The position numbers and the translations under genes are program-made. From an uncultured Phycisphaerales bacterium (GTDB taxonomy: Bacteria > Planctomycetota > Phycisphaerae > Tepidisphaerales > Tepidisphaeraceae): a stretch of DNA of 64,000 nucleotides. Under the pieces are notes generated by a model that was not told the origin of the DNA, searched no databases, and saw only the letters and a list, made by a program, of their open reading frames with translations. The stretch is from positions 2,944,001 to 3,008,000 of the forward strand of contig CAVWVQ010000003.1 in the NCBI GenBank assembly GCA_963758525.1. The letters are read 5' to 3'. This document shows positions 1 through 10,605 of this stretch, piece after piece. Each line of letters begins with the position of its first letter. The first letter of the stretch is position 1.

Positions 1-224
1 GTTGAGGTGTAGGAGGGCGGCATGACGCGCAGGAAAACGACTGCGCCGAGCACGAACAGAACCGTGATGGACAAGACCGCCCAGCGGCGGCGCCAAATGC
101 TTCCAAATACATTTGGCACAGCCTCTTCGGTCTCACCCGGCATGGAATGAGACATGCCGGCTTCGCGTCGCATGAGCGCACTGCCAGCGTTGGGGTCCAT
201 CAACTGTTTGCGATTCATCGTCAT
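1..224 (-). CDS. Polysaccharide co-polymerase/chain-length determinant (Wzz/Wzc/GumC family), 5' part only; runs off the window start
   Basis: Manual translation gives MTMNRKQ...NVFGSIWRRRWAVLSITVLFVLGAVVFLRVMPPSYTS, which has the typical 'IWRRRW'-TM-'P.Y.S' N-terminus. GGAG RBS upstream. Not in the ORF track. Confidence 0.75.
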   Translation of the reverse strand, partial: MTMNRKQLMDPNAGSALMRREAGMSHSMPGETEEAVPNVFGSIWRRRWAVLSITVLFVLGAVVFLRVMPPSYTS

Positions 225-607
225 ACTCTCCCTGAGGATAACGGCAATCCGCACTGGCGACTCAAGCCGTTCCTGCCGTCAAAATCGAAACTATCAGCCG
301 CGGCAGTTAAGTAATTCACCTCAGCCCAGCATTTGCGGCCGATAATCCGCGCTCACGCGCCCCACGCCCCAACCTCTGATCAGGGCGCATCGAGTCCGAT
401 CTGCATACGATGCTACGTGGCACAAATCCTGGGGTTCCGTTCAGCAATCCCAAAAACGCGCGGCACAATCATCGCGACCCACGCAGTCTGCCCAGCGCTT
501 TAGTGTAGCCCGCGGACGTAATTCTGAAAAGGAAGGTCCGATAACTGCGCGGGGCAGGAGCGTTCTCTCCATCACTCCGGAGTCATAAGCTACGATTAGA
601 AAATGTG

Positions 608-626
608 TTAGCGCAATTTGCGCTAA
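608..626. promoter_or_regulatory. Perfect 9-bp inverted repeat TTAGCGCAA-T-TTGCGCTAA, possible operator
   Basis: Dyad with a 1-nt spacer, too tight for a hairpin, upstream of the Wzc-like gene. Confidence 0.35.
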
Positions 627-670
627 GCTGGATGGGCCGGCCAAATTGAGAGGGCGCAGCGGCCCATCCT

Positions 671-1423
671 TTATGAGCCGGGATTTCGGCTGGAAGGGGT
701 TCGGGAGCGAGGCGTGGGAGCGCTTCGCTGAGGCTTCTCCGCGCTCACCAGCGCCGCCCTGGCGGCAGTTAACTGCTGCTGAGCGGTCGTAAGCTGCTGT
801 TGTGCGGCGATGTATTCAGGATCCACCTGCAATACCGCCGTCACCTGAGCCTGAAGTGCGTCCATGGCCTTCTTCGCATCCGCGAGTTCTTCTTTGGCGG
901 TTCCAAGGTTCCCATCGGCGTCACGCGCATCGCTTTCCATCTTGTTCATCGCGAAACCGTCGTTGAGCACCTCCCCGGCGGCCTCGCTCAGTTGATCGTC
1001 CTGCGCCTTCTGGTCCTCCGAACTCGCTGCCCTGGGCTCCGACTTCAGCTCTTCCAGCTTTGCCTGGGCAGCTTTGCGACTCGTCGCCAGCTTTTGATAA
1101 TCGGGGTTCACCTGCAGCGCCGCCATCACCGGCTTGAGCGCCGAATCGTAATGCGCCTGCGCGTCGGAGAGCGCCTTTTTCGCGGCGATCCAATCGTCTC
1201 TCGATTCAAAAGTGGATGCCACGCGGGCATGAATCTGCGCGATATTCGCGCGAACCGCATAAACGGCCGCCTGCGCGTCGGCGACGGCCTTACGCGATGC
1301 CGCCAGGGGGCTCAAGGGCGTCTGCGACGGCTGCGGAGGGACGCCCTGCGCACGGACAAAAGCCCCGCAAACCGCAAGCGTCCCCACTGCACAAACGGCG
1401 GCGAGCCTCCAACGCGCTGTCAT
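671..1423 (-). CDS. Secreted coiled-coil hypothetical protein
   Basis: 250-aa ORF with a signal peptide (…GAFVRA-Q) and Ala/Gln/Lys-rich heptads. Confidence 0.7.
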   Translation of the reverse strand: MTARWRLAAVCAVGTLAVCGAFVRAQGVPPQPSQTPLSPLAASRKAVADAQAAVYAVRANIAQIHARVASTFESRDDWIAAKKALSDAQAHYDSALKPVMAALQVNPDYQKLATSRKAAQAKLEELKSEPRAASSEDQKAQDDQLSEAAGEVLNDGFAMNKMESDARDADGNLGTAKEELADAKKAMDALQAQVTAVLQVDPEYIAAQQQLTTAQQQLTAARAALVSAEKPQRSAPTPRSRTPSSRNPGS

Positions 1424-1611
1424 ATGACACTCCGATGGTTCGACGCACCCCGAGGACGCTGGCAGTCATCCAGGAAGTCCACGCCTTGGCGGCGGCTCGT
1501 TACCGCGGCTGCCTCTCCACTTCCGTTATTGTACCAAATGCGCGAGAGCGGGGAAATGTTACGCCCAGGGCAATCGCATGGGGTGTGCCCGGAATTTAGG
1601 GAGCAAGCGCC

Positions 1612-1862
1612 CCCTCCCCTGGCAGAATCCGGGACGGCGCGAGTACGCTTTGTCCCGGCGTGATTGGTGGGTTGATGTGTATCGCCCGCACGCCGGGGCA
1701 GAGCGTGCTCGCGCCGCCCCGGATTCTGCCGGGGAGGGTGAGGGTGCTTTCGAACGTAGAGGATCTCTCGCAATCCGCATGAACCCCTTCGAGCATTCAG
1801 CGACTTTCTTACGCTCGAAATCACCCTCACCCCGCCCTCTCCCGGAATACCGGGAGAGGGGG
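1612..1862. repeat. Long inverted repeat (~50-bp arms at 1612-1662 and 1689-1738) plus a CCCTCACCCCGCCCTCTCCCGG..GGGAGAGGG-type REP
   Basis: Arms are near-perfectly complementary; related copies at 12015, 23069, 26668, 26760 and 30515. Confidence 0.8.
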
Positions 1863-1936
1863 TTAGCGCGCAGAGACGGTAGTGCACCTCTACCAGCATG
1901 TAACTTTTATTTGTGGCGATTGCAGATTTTGCGATC

Positions 1937-2033
1937 GTAGGGCGGGATTCATCCCGCCGTTTTCTCAGCCGGCCAACAAATCGGCGGGATGAATCCCGCC
2001 CTACTCGGAGCCGATCGCCACTTTCGAGCGCCA
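1937..2033. repeat. GTAG-type REP doublet (GTAGGGCGGGATTCATCCCGCC...GGCGGGATGAATCCCGCCCTAC) plus conserved tail
   Basis: Inverted pair with GTAG/CTAC ends; near-identical copy at 4137-4234. Confidence 0.85.
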
Positions 2034-2116
2034 CACCCCCTCTACCAGCATGTAGCGTGAACCTGTTGCGTCCGCCCCCTTTCCATTGCAAACTGCTCTG
2101 TTCGGCGAAGCAGCAG

Positions 2117-3970
2117 ATGATCCCTGTTTTTGACATTGTCGTGATTGGCGGCGGGCACGCCGGGGCGGAGGCCGCCTGGGCTGCTGCGCGCCTGGGGGCG
2201 GCGGTCGCCCTGATCACCCTCGATCCAACCAAAACCGGGCAGATGTCCTGCAACCCCGCCATCGGAGGCCTGGCCAAAGGGCAGATGGTTCGCGAGATTG
2301 ACGCCCTGGGCGGATTGATGGGGCAGGCGATCGATCAGACGGGCATTCAGTTTCGCATGCTCAACCGCAGCAAAGGCCCCGCCGTCTGGGGACCGGCGCC
2401 CAGGCGGACAAATACAAATACGCCCTTGAAGTGCAGCGCCTCCTCGGAACCTGCCCGAACATCACCATCGTCGCCGGCGAGGCCGCTGAACTCCTCACGG
2501 CGTCCTCTTCATCTCAATCATCCGCATCCCCGCAATTCCAAATCAACGGAGTGCTTCTCGCCGACGGTTCCACGCTGCATTGCCGGGCTGCGATCGTCAC
2601 GACCGGCACCTTCCTCCGCGGCCTCATGCACACCGGAGAAACAAAGACTGACGGCGGGCGCGTCGGCGAATCCGCGGCACGGGGATTGTCCGCGTCCCTT
2701 GCTCGTCTTGGACTCGAGCTGGGAAGACTCAAGACGGGAACGCCACCGCGTCTGCACCGCGACTCGATCGACTTCGCCGAGTTCGAGCCTCAGCCCGGCG
2801 ACGATCAGCCCGCGCCCTTCTCCTATCTGAATGACTACGCGGCAACGGGGTCCGAATGGCGTCCCCCGCTGCCGCAGGTTCATTGCTGGATCGGCGCCAC
2901 CAATCACGCGATGCATGAGATCATCCGCGCGAATCTGCACCGCGCCGATGTACAGCGGACAGATTGCCTCGACCGGACCGCGCTATTGCCCGAGCATCGA
3001 AGACAAGGTCGTGCGTTTCGCGGACAAGCAGCAACATCAGATCTTCCTCGAGCCCGAAGGCCTCGACACGCCGGAGATCTATTGCAACGGGATCAGCACT
3101 TCGCTTCCTGCCGACGTGCAGGAGCAGATCATTCGCCTGGTTCCCGGCCTTCAGTCGGCAAGGATTCTGCGCTTTGGCTATGCCGTCGAATATGACATGG
3201 TCTGGCCGACGCAGATTCAGGCGACGCTTCAGACCAAGCGCGTTGCGGGGCTGTTCCTGGCCGGGCAGATCAATGGAACCAGCGGCTACGAGGAGGCCGC
3301 CGCGCAGGGGCTCGTCGCCGGCATCAATGCCGCGCGCTTCGTGAGTGAAGGCGCCGCGGATGTTGTGCTGCGGCGCGATCAGGCTTACATCGGCGTCTTG
3401 ATCGACGACCTGGTGACCAAGCCGCCCACCGAGCCGTATCGCATGTTCACCAGCCGGGCCGAGCATCGCCTGCATCTGCGCAGCGACAACGCCGACCAGC
3501 GCCTCACCGCGCTGGGCCGCGAGATCGGGCTTGTCGATGATCGCCGCTGGCAGCAGTTCTCCGCGCGCCAGGATGTTCTGGCGAGCGCCATGGTGATGCT
3601 CAAGTCATCGCGGATCGGCGATCTGAGCGCATTCGATTTCCTGCGCCGCCCCAACCACGCATGGACCGACGTCGCAGCGCACCTGCCGGCGGCGGGGCAC
3701 GTCGCCGCCGACATTGCCAGGCAGATCGACATTCTCGCCAAGTATGAGGGATACATCGCCCGGCAGGACCGCCAGATCGAACGCTTCTCCCAGCTCGAAT
3801 CAAAGCTCATTCCCGCGTCCCTCGATTACGCCAGTGTCATTGGATTGCGCAACGAAGCTCGCCAGAAGCTCGGAACTTTTACTCCGCGCAGTCTGGGCCA
3901 GGCCCTGCGCATCAGCGGCATCACTCCGGCGGATGTGACCGTATTGGCGATTCATCTGCAGCGCCGGTAG
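2117..3970 (+). CDS. mnmG: tRNA uridine-5-carboxymethylaminomethyl modification enzyme MnmG (GidA); two apparent frameshifts (~2395, ~2945)
   Basis: Motifs [58 protein letters not shown] and [11 protein letters not shown] are spread over three frames. Confidence 0.95.
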
Positions 3971-4020
3971 CTGCGCCCAGTCCGCGGGCGGTGCGGTCAG
4001 AATTTGCGATTCTGAGAGCG

Positions 4021-4134
4021 GAAATGTGCAAGGCCCAATGGCCAACAAAGCACCAAACTCCAAGGCCCAGGGTTGGTGTTCGCATTGGTCATTGCGGCTT
4101 GGGATTTTGTTGGCCATTGGGCCTTGGCCATTTC
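4021..4134. repeat. Palindromic dispersed repeat (CCCAATGGCCAACAAA...TTTGTTGGCCATTGGG family)
   Basis: Second copy at 42744-42858. Confidence 0.8.
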
Positions 4135-4136
4135 TG

Positions 4137-4234
4137 GTAGGGCGGGATTCATCCCGCCGTTTTCTCGGCCGGCCAACAAAATCGGCGGGATGAATCCCGC
4201 CCTACTCCAAGCCGATCGCCACTTTTGAGCGCCA
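4137..4234. repeat. GTAG-type REP doublet, direct copy of 1937-2033
   Basis: About 97 bp, nearly identical to the copy upstream of mnmG. Confidence 0.85.
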
Positions 4235-4264
4235 TATCTGCCGGCGTCGTCCGCTTCCACGCCG

Positions 4265-4292
4265 TTGAGCAATTTACAACCTGCAGTACAAT
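4265..4292 (+). promoter_or_regulatory. Putative sigma70 promoter TTGAGC-N16-TACAAT
   Basis: Consensus-like boxes about 40 bp upstream of the 4332 start. Confidence 0.35.
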
Positions 4293-4331
4293 CGCGTTTC
4301 GCCGTCGCAGCCCCAACGATGAGGAGCAGAG

Positions 4332-5255
4332 ATGTCTGATCAATTCGATTTCTTACCGCCGTCGAAACCGGTCTCCCGCCGCAATATTCTGACACGGGCC
4401 GGCAGCGCCGCCGCGGTGCTTGCCGCATCAGGCGCCATGGCGTCGGCCGATGATGCAAACGTGAACCCCGCTCCCGCTGCTTCCCAGGGCCTTGCGATCC
4501 ACAACAACCGCATTCGCCAGACGCTCTGCGCCTGGTGTTACTCCAAGCTGACGCTCGAGCAACTCTGTGAGACGGCCAATCAGCTCGGCTATCTCGGCAT
4601 CGATCTGGTCGGCCCCAGCACGTTCGCGACCTTGAAGAAATACAATCTCGTCGGCACGATGACGCCGAGCCACTCGATTCAGAAGGGGACCAACCATCGG
4701 GAAAACTGGGACGAGTGCCTTGCCGCGATCCGCAAGGGCATCGAAGCGACTTCCGACGCGGGCTTCCCCAACGTCATCTGCTTTTCCGGCAACCGCAATG
4801 GCATGGACGATCACGAGGGAATGAAGAACTGCGCCGAGGCGCTCAAGCAGGTCGTCGGCCTTGCGGAAGAGAAGCACGTCACGGTCTGCATGGAACTGCT
4901 CAACAGCAAGGTCAATCATCACGATTACATGTGCGACCACAGCTCGTGGGGAATTGAGCTTGTGAAAATGGTCGGTTCCGAGCGATTCAAACTGCTTTAC
5001 GACATCTATCATATGCAGATCATGGAAGGCGACGTGATCAGCTGCATCAGCGCCAATCACGAATACTTCGCGCACTATCACACCGCCGGCGTACCGGGCC
5101 GCCACGAAATCGACGAGTCGCAGGAGCTGTTTTATCCTGCCATCGTGAAGGCGATCGTCGCGACCGGTTACAAGGGCTGGCTGGGGCAGGAATTTATTCC
5201 CGTGCACGACACGGTCGCATCACTGCGCGAAGCAGGCAAGATCTGCGACGTTTGA
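4332..5255 (+). CDS. Hydroxypyruvate isomerase family (xylose-isomerase-like TIM barrel) protein with Tat signal
   Basis: SRRNIL Tat motif; MELLNSKVNH, LLYDIYHMQIMEGD, HYHTAGVPGRHEID, GQEFIP; GAGGAG RBS. Confidence 0.9.
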   Translation: MSDQFDFLPPSKPVSRRNILTRAGSAAAVLAASGAMASADDANVNPAPAASQGLAIHNNRIRQTLCAWCYSKLTLEQLCETANQLGYLGIDLVGPSTFATLKKYNLVGTMTPSHSIQKGTNHRENWDECLAAIRKGIEATSDAGFPNVICFSGNRNGMDDHEGMKNCAEALKQVVGLAEEKHVTVCMELLNSKVNHHDYMCDHSSWGIELVKMVGSERFKLLYDIYHMQIMEGDVISCISANHEYFAHYHTAGVPGRHEIDESQELFYPAIVKAIVATGYKGWLGQEFIPVHDTVASLREAGKICDV

Positions 5256-5988
5256 AGGCATCTTTTCGATTTCGGCGGAAAAACCGCCGAAGCTGGGGGC
5301 TTTGCTTGGCGCCGGCGAGCGACTCCGCAACCGGCGGGGTGTTGAATGCAAATTCAATTATTTTAGTGTTTCCGCTGAAAATATAGCGTCCCCTCTTTGC
5401 GCATTCTAAACACGCCATCAGACCCGCTGCCATCTTAGGTAAAGGGCGCCACGCTCAATTCCTCTTCTCTAGTTTGTCATCCGCCGAGGGTCCGGCAATT
5501 AAGCAAAAAAATTTTTGCCGGGCATATTGCGTCGTGGGCGCGCCACGAAGGGAGGCGTTCGCACAGCGAATATCCGCGGCTGATAAAATATCGAAATCTT
5601 GCGATCATCGAGCTGCGAGATTATCTCTAAAACAGCTAAAGGTCCCTGATTGCAGATATCTGGCGCAATCGGCGGGGTTCCGCAATCCCCGCCGCGAAGT
5701 CCAGGCAGTGGTATCATAAACTTGCTCTGACATTGATGTGTGTCGCGGTCGTTCGCGGGGCGGATCGGCTGCACCTGCGCGGATCGCGCGGCAAATTTTT
5801 TTATTTTATTGCTTGAATGAGGCTGACAGCATTTATCGGTCCCGCTATAAGCCGACCCGCGGGATTGGTCAGATTCATTTCCGATTCCCGCAATCACAAC
5901 TGAATTTTGTAACCCGAACGCTGGACGTTTGCCGCCCCTGCGCAAGCTGAGTCCCCAGCCTTCGATTGCCGCTTCAAGGAGACTTCGC

Positions 5989-7858
5989 ATGGGATTGCAG
6001 CGCGAACAGCGCACGGGCCGTTCCCTTCACGTTGAATCGCTCGAGGCGCGGCGGATGTTCAGCGTCGTGAACGTCACGCCCTCCAATTATCTTGCGGCCA
6101 TCAAGAGCAGCAACAATGGGGACTCCATCAGCTTCGCCCCCGGGGAGTACGACCTCAGCTCGTCTTCCAACTTGCAGCTTCCCGGCAATCGCACCTACGT
6201 CGGCAACGGCGCCGTCTTCCAGGGGAATGGCAGCGCGATTGTCGATGTTGGCTATTCCAGCAATCTCGATTTTTCCGGATTCGTCCTCGACGGCGTCGAA
6301 GCATCGGCTGATAACGCCGACAATCTCAATTTCCACAACAACATCGTCAAAAACTCCTCGACCCAGGGTGGGTTCTGCAACGATGGCATGACCAACAGCA
6401 GCGTCAGCAATAATACATTCACAAATCTCAACTGCGGGGTGTACGGTTACCCGCACGACAACAATAAAGTGGACGGCAACAGCTTCGATTACGTCACCGA
6501 GCCAATCCACTTTGTCGCGTACACGCCCGCCAACGGCCTGGAGATTTCCGGCAACGTCGTCACCCACGCGACCCGCTTCGGCTTCGAGCTGCAGCACTCG
6601 ATCAATAACCTCAACGTCACGAACAACTACATGAGCGATTGGCTGCAGCAGGGCTCCGGCGGCGATGATTCGCACATCGCCGTCTCCTGCACCGACGGCG
6701 GATCTGGAAGCGCACCGTACAACGATCAGGGCCAGAACATCAACATCAGCAACAACGTGTTCATTCAGAGCGGCGATTCGGAGAACGTGCAGGTGTGGGC
6801 CAAGTCCGCGGTGGAGATCATGGGAACCAACGTCACCATGAACAACAATTACTGCTGGAATTGGGGCAACTACATTCTCAACGGCACGATCAACGGCCTG
6901 AGCAGCAGCAACAACACGGTGGTTGGCGGACAGCTCTACTCATCGGACATCGCTCCGTGGAGCATCGGCCCGATTACAGGCTCGGGCGACCAGGTTCTCC
7001 CCCTGGGCAGTTCCAACCCGCCGTCGGCTCCTGCTGCGGCGCAAATATTCAGAGTCAGCCGGCGCAAGTGACATCGTCCGCGCCACCCGCAGCTTCGACG
7101 CCCGCTCCAGTGACGGCAGCGCCGCCTTCGTCCGCAAGCCCGGCCCCAACCACCACGTCCACTTCCGCCACGTCTCCTCCCACCACGTCCAATGCCGATA
7201 CGTCCGTGCCGGCGACATCTGCTCCCGCTGCTTCGGCGCCAGCGCATCTGCGAGTGGGTCTTCGTCGGCCGCGTCGAATTCGTTGACAGCTTCCACCTCG
7301 ACGAGCGCGAGTGCTCCGCCGAAGACCGCGTCGGCAAACGCGTCCACCACTGCGTCCACGCCGGCAAGCTCAACGACGACGTCGTCTGGCAGCTCGACAG
7401 CGCCCGCGCCGGCATCGGTTCCGGCATCCGCACCTGCCGTCGTTTCCGCGCCAGCGCCCAGCACGCCTTCTGCAACTGCGTCGAGCCCCACGCCGGCAGC
7501 CACAGCGGCTAACCCTGCGACGACAACTGCGACCGCACAGCCCGCCGCATCGGCTACGACTACAACCGCCACGTCGTCAAGCAACATCGGTCCGGTTGCA
7601 AAGGCGTCGGCGGCACCCTCAACGTCGCTGCCGTTGGCGACTGCCGGAAAGGCGAAGAGCGCCAGCCGAACTGCCGTCAGCAAGAAGCAACTCGCGAAGA
7701 AGCCAAAAGTCAGCAAAGCAAAAAAGGCACCCCCTCATAAGAAGGCAGCGAACAAGCCACCCGCTGCATCGTCCCCCGCGAAGACGAAATCTTCCGCGAA
7801 ATCGAAGCTTTTGCACCCGATTGCCGCAACCTTTAACGCTTTGCTGCGTATAACTTGA
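5989..7858 (+). CDS. Secreted right-handed beta-helix protein with LEPR-XLL motif and a Ser/Thr/Ala/Pro linker plus Lys-rich tail; apparent frameshifts ~7045 and ~7245
   Basis: VESLEARRMFS motif; Asn-rich PbH1-like repeats; tail continues in ORFs 6795 and 6923; AAGGAG RBS; paralogue of 8024. Confidence 0.75.
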
Positions 7859-8023
7859 ATCGCCCCGCGCGGCGACCGTTTGCCGCGCGGTAATTCTGTA
7901 TGCTTGACTCGCCGGAGTCGCACCGACTCTTTCGATCCGCAGCCAGCACCAACGGCAGATCCCGGGTACTTGCAGACCTTCTGCAAAGATGCTCGGTCTG
8001 CGAAGACACACCCTTGAGGTCAG

Positions 8024-9241
8024 ATGGAAACTGCGCACAGGCAGCGAGGCTATCGCTGTCGATTTTACTTTGAGTCCCTCGAATCTCGGCAGTTGCTCAG
8101 CGTCGTCAATGTCACTCCGTCCGGCTTCGCTGCTGCGATCCGCGACAGCCATAGTGGCGACACGATCAATTTCGCGCCTGGCAACTATGATCTCAAGGCC
8201 GGATCGACTCTCGAGTTGCCGGGAAATCGCACGTACGTCGGCAACGGGGCGGTGTTCGATGGCGCGGGTGTTTCCATCAGCTTCGATCGAACGCAGAATG
8301 TCGAGTTTTCCGGATTTCTGCTTGATGGCGTCGTCATCGTCGCCAACAACGTCGACAGCCTCTATTTCCACGACAACACCATCGAAAATTCGTCGGGCGA
8401 CGGCTTCACGACAACCGGGGGAATGACCAACAGCCATGTTGACCACAACACGTTTACAAACCTCAACGGCGGGATCTACGGCTATCCCCTGGGAGGAAAT
8501 ACCGTCGACAACAACACGTTCGATTACGTATTTGAGCCGATCCACTTCTCCTGCGCCCAGACCGCCGACACGATGGATGTCTCGGGCAACGTCATCACGC
8601 ATGCGACAAGAATCGGCATCGAGCTGCAGGGCTCGATTGACAATCTCACCGTCAATAACAACTTCATGAGCGACTGGCTGCAGCACGGCACGGGAAACGA
8701 CGACTCCCACATGGGAATCTCCTGCGCCACTGGCGGAAGCGGGCAGGCTCCGTACACCGACCAGGCTCAGGACGTGACCATCAGCGGCAATGTTCTCATC
8801 CAGAATGGTCCTGCCGAGAATGTCGCTGTCTGGGCAAAACCAGCAATCGAGATCATGGGATACAGCGACCTCAACGTCACCGGCAACTACGCCTGGAACT
8901 GGGGCAACTTTCTTCTCAATGGCGCTGATGGGCCCGTCACCAGCACCGGCAACACCATCGTCGGCGGCGACCTCTACGCCCCCAACAACGTGCCCTGGAA
9001 AATTGCCGGCGTGCATGCATCCGGCGATGACCGCTACGGACTCAAAGATCCCAACGCCCCCGCGTGGCGCGGGGTCCCGGGAGGGGCCGCGGAAGTCGTT
9101 GAGCCGGTCAAGAAGAATGTACCAGAACATGTGGTCCGACCTGCCAAGCCCAAGGCGCCCAAGACGGGCAAGCCGAAGGCCGCGGCGAAGGCAAAGACCT
9201 CCACGACGGTCGTGACGATCCACTCGATCCTCGCGGGATGA
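8024..9241 (+). CDS. Secreted right-handed beta-helix protein with LEPR-XLL motif, paralogue of the upstream gene
   Basis: FESLESRQLLS motif; collinear identity with 5989 (LPGNRTYVGNGAVF, EPIHF, THATR, MSDWLQ, WNWGN). Confidence 0.85.
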   Translation: METAHRQRGYRCRFYFESLESRQLLSVVNVTPSGFAAAIRDSHSGDTINFAPGNYDLKAGSTLELPGNRTYVGNGAVFDGAGVSISFDRTQNVEFSGFLLDGVVIVANNVDSLYFHDNTIENSSGDGFTTTGGMTNSHVDHNTFTNLNGGIYGYPLGGNTVDNNTFDYVFEPIHFSCAQTADTMDVSGNVITHATRIGIELQGSIDNLTVNNNFMSDWLQHGTGNDDSHMGISCATGGSGQAPYTDQAQDVTISGNVLIQNGPAENVAVWAKPAIEIMGYSDLNVTGNYAWNWGNFLLNGADGPVTSTGNTIVGGDLYAPNNVPWKIAGVHASGDDRYGLKDPNAPAWRGVPGGAAEVVEPVKKNVPEHVVRPAKPKAPKTGKPKAAAKAKTSTTVVTIHSILAG

Positions 9242-9272
9242 AACGTGGAGGGCGGAGCTTCTGATCGGAGGG

Positions 9273-10276
9273 TCATGCCTCCGCCGGCGGTTCCGGTTCA
9301 ACGGAGGCATCCGCACCTTGCTCGAGCTTTTTAACGCGGGCAACGAGGTCGGGGAGCTGGGTGAAAATGGCGTAGACGCGCCTTGCGTGGGAGGCGGGCA
9401 TGGCGGGGGAGCCGATCATGATCGCTTTTTCATCGACGTCCTGCATGACGCCCGCCTGGGCCGCGAAGGTGGCGCCGTCGCCGATCTTGAGGTGACCCGC
9501 GACCCCGACCTGGCCGCCCATCGTGACGTGATGTCCGAGCACGGTCGAGCCGGCGATTGCGCCCTGGGCGACGAGCAGGCAGTGGGCCCCGATGCGGGCG
9601 TTGTGACCGACGGTCACGAGGTCGCCGAGCTTGCTGCCTCTGCCGATCAAGGTGCTGCCCAGCGCGGCTCGATCGATGGTGGCGTTGGCGCAGATCTCAA
9701 CGTCGTCTTCGATGACGACATTGCCGATTTGCGGGATCTTGTGATGCGCGACTTCCCCGTCTGCGCCTTTGTGCGTTGCAAAGCCGTAGCCGTCCTGACC
9801 GATGCTGGTGTTGGCGTGAATGATCACGCGATCGCCCAGCAAGCAGTCATCGTAGATGACAACGTTCGGATAGAGGATGCAGTCCCGCCCGATCTTCGGC
9901 GCGGGCCAACATAGACGCCGGGGTAGATGACGGTCCCTTGGCCGATGGTTGCCGTTGGATCGACGGTGGCGCGCGGGTGAATTCCGGTGTGGGGATGCTG
10001 GCGGTAGCCGTGGAGTTTCACGATCGCCTGCATAAAGGCGTAGTACGGGTTTTTGTGCCTGAGGAGGGCCGCGCCAGGAGCTTTCACATTAGGCGCGACG
10101 ACCACGGCGGATGCTTTGGTCGTCTCGACCTGCTTCCAATATTTCGGGTTGGACAGGAAGCTGACCTGCCCGGGCCGGGCGGCTTCGAGCGTGTTGGCCG
10201 AGTCAATCTGCAGCGATCCATCACCGACCAATTCCGCGCTGATCGCCGCGGCGAGTTCCGAGAGTGTAATTGTCAC
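9273..10276 (-). CDS. lpxD: UDP-3-O-(3-hydroxyacyl)glucosamine N-acyltransferase LpxD; one frameshift ~9900
   Basis: LpxD N-domain ([20 protein letters not shown]), hexapeptide repeats, [29 protein letters not shown]. Confidence 0.95.
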
Positions 10277-10357
10277 GGGAGGGATAATAAGGGGAAGGGA
10301 CGAAGGGAAAAAGGACGAGAGGGCAGGGAGACCGGGTCGAGTTGTGTCGGAAAACGC

Positions 10358-10400
10358 GAATGTCGAAGCCCGAAACCAGAATCAAGCTCGAATGACGAAT
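10358..10400. repeat. CGAATGACGAA/CCCGAAACC short-unit repeat
   Basis: Same units recur at 11788-11860 and, inverted, at 11940-11985 and 12095-12130. Confidence 0.6.
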
Positions 10401-10472
10401 TACGGTAACGAGATTTGACTGCGGGATGTTTCGAACGATCGGGATCGGCGCGACCACCGCACGCCGGATTTG

Positions 10473-10581
10473 CGGTTAGCCGCGACGCGCAGCGGAGCGA
10501 GTATTCGTAAGATTGCGCGTTTGGTGAAATCGCGCCTTCTCTCGTTCGAATACGCGCTCCGCTGCGCGTCGCGGCTAACCG
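10473..10581. repeat. GGTTAGCCGCGACGCGCAGCGGAGCG REP doublet (inverted pair)
   Basis: Inverted arms; single copies at 43980 and 58634. Confidence 0.85.
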
Positions 10582-10605
10582 TGGGGAGCGGGGCACCATC
10601 GCGCC

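Noticed and set aside
1420..2277. 285-aa minus-strand ORF
   Set aside because: It is composed of translated REP elements and antisense mnmG, with no protein-like signal.
5256..5988. Gene or riboswitch in the long AT-rich spacer
   Set aside because: The ORFs look random, and no recognisable aptamer consensus (c-di-GMP, cobalamin, TPP) was found by eye.
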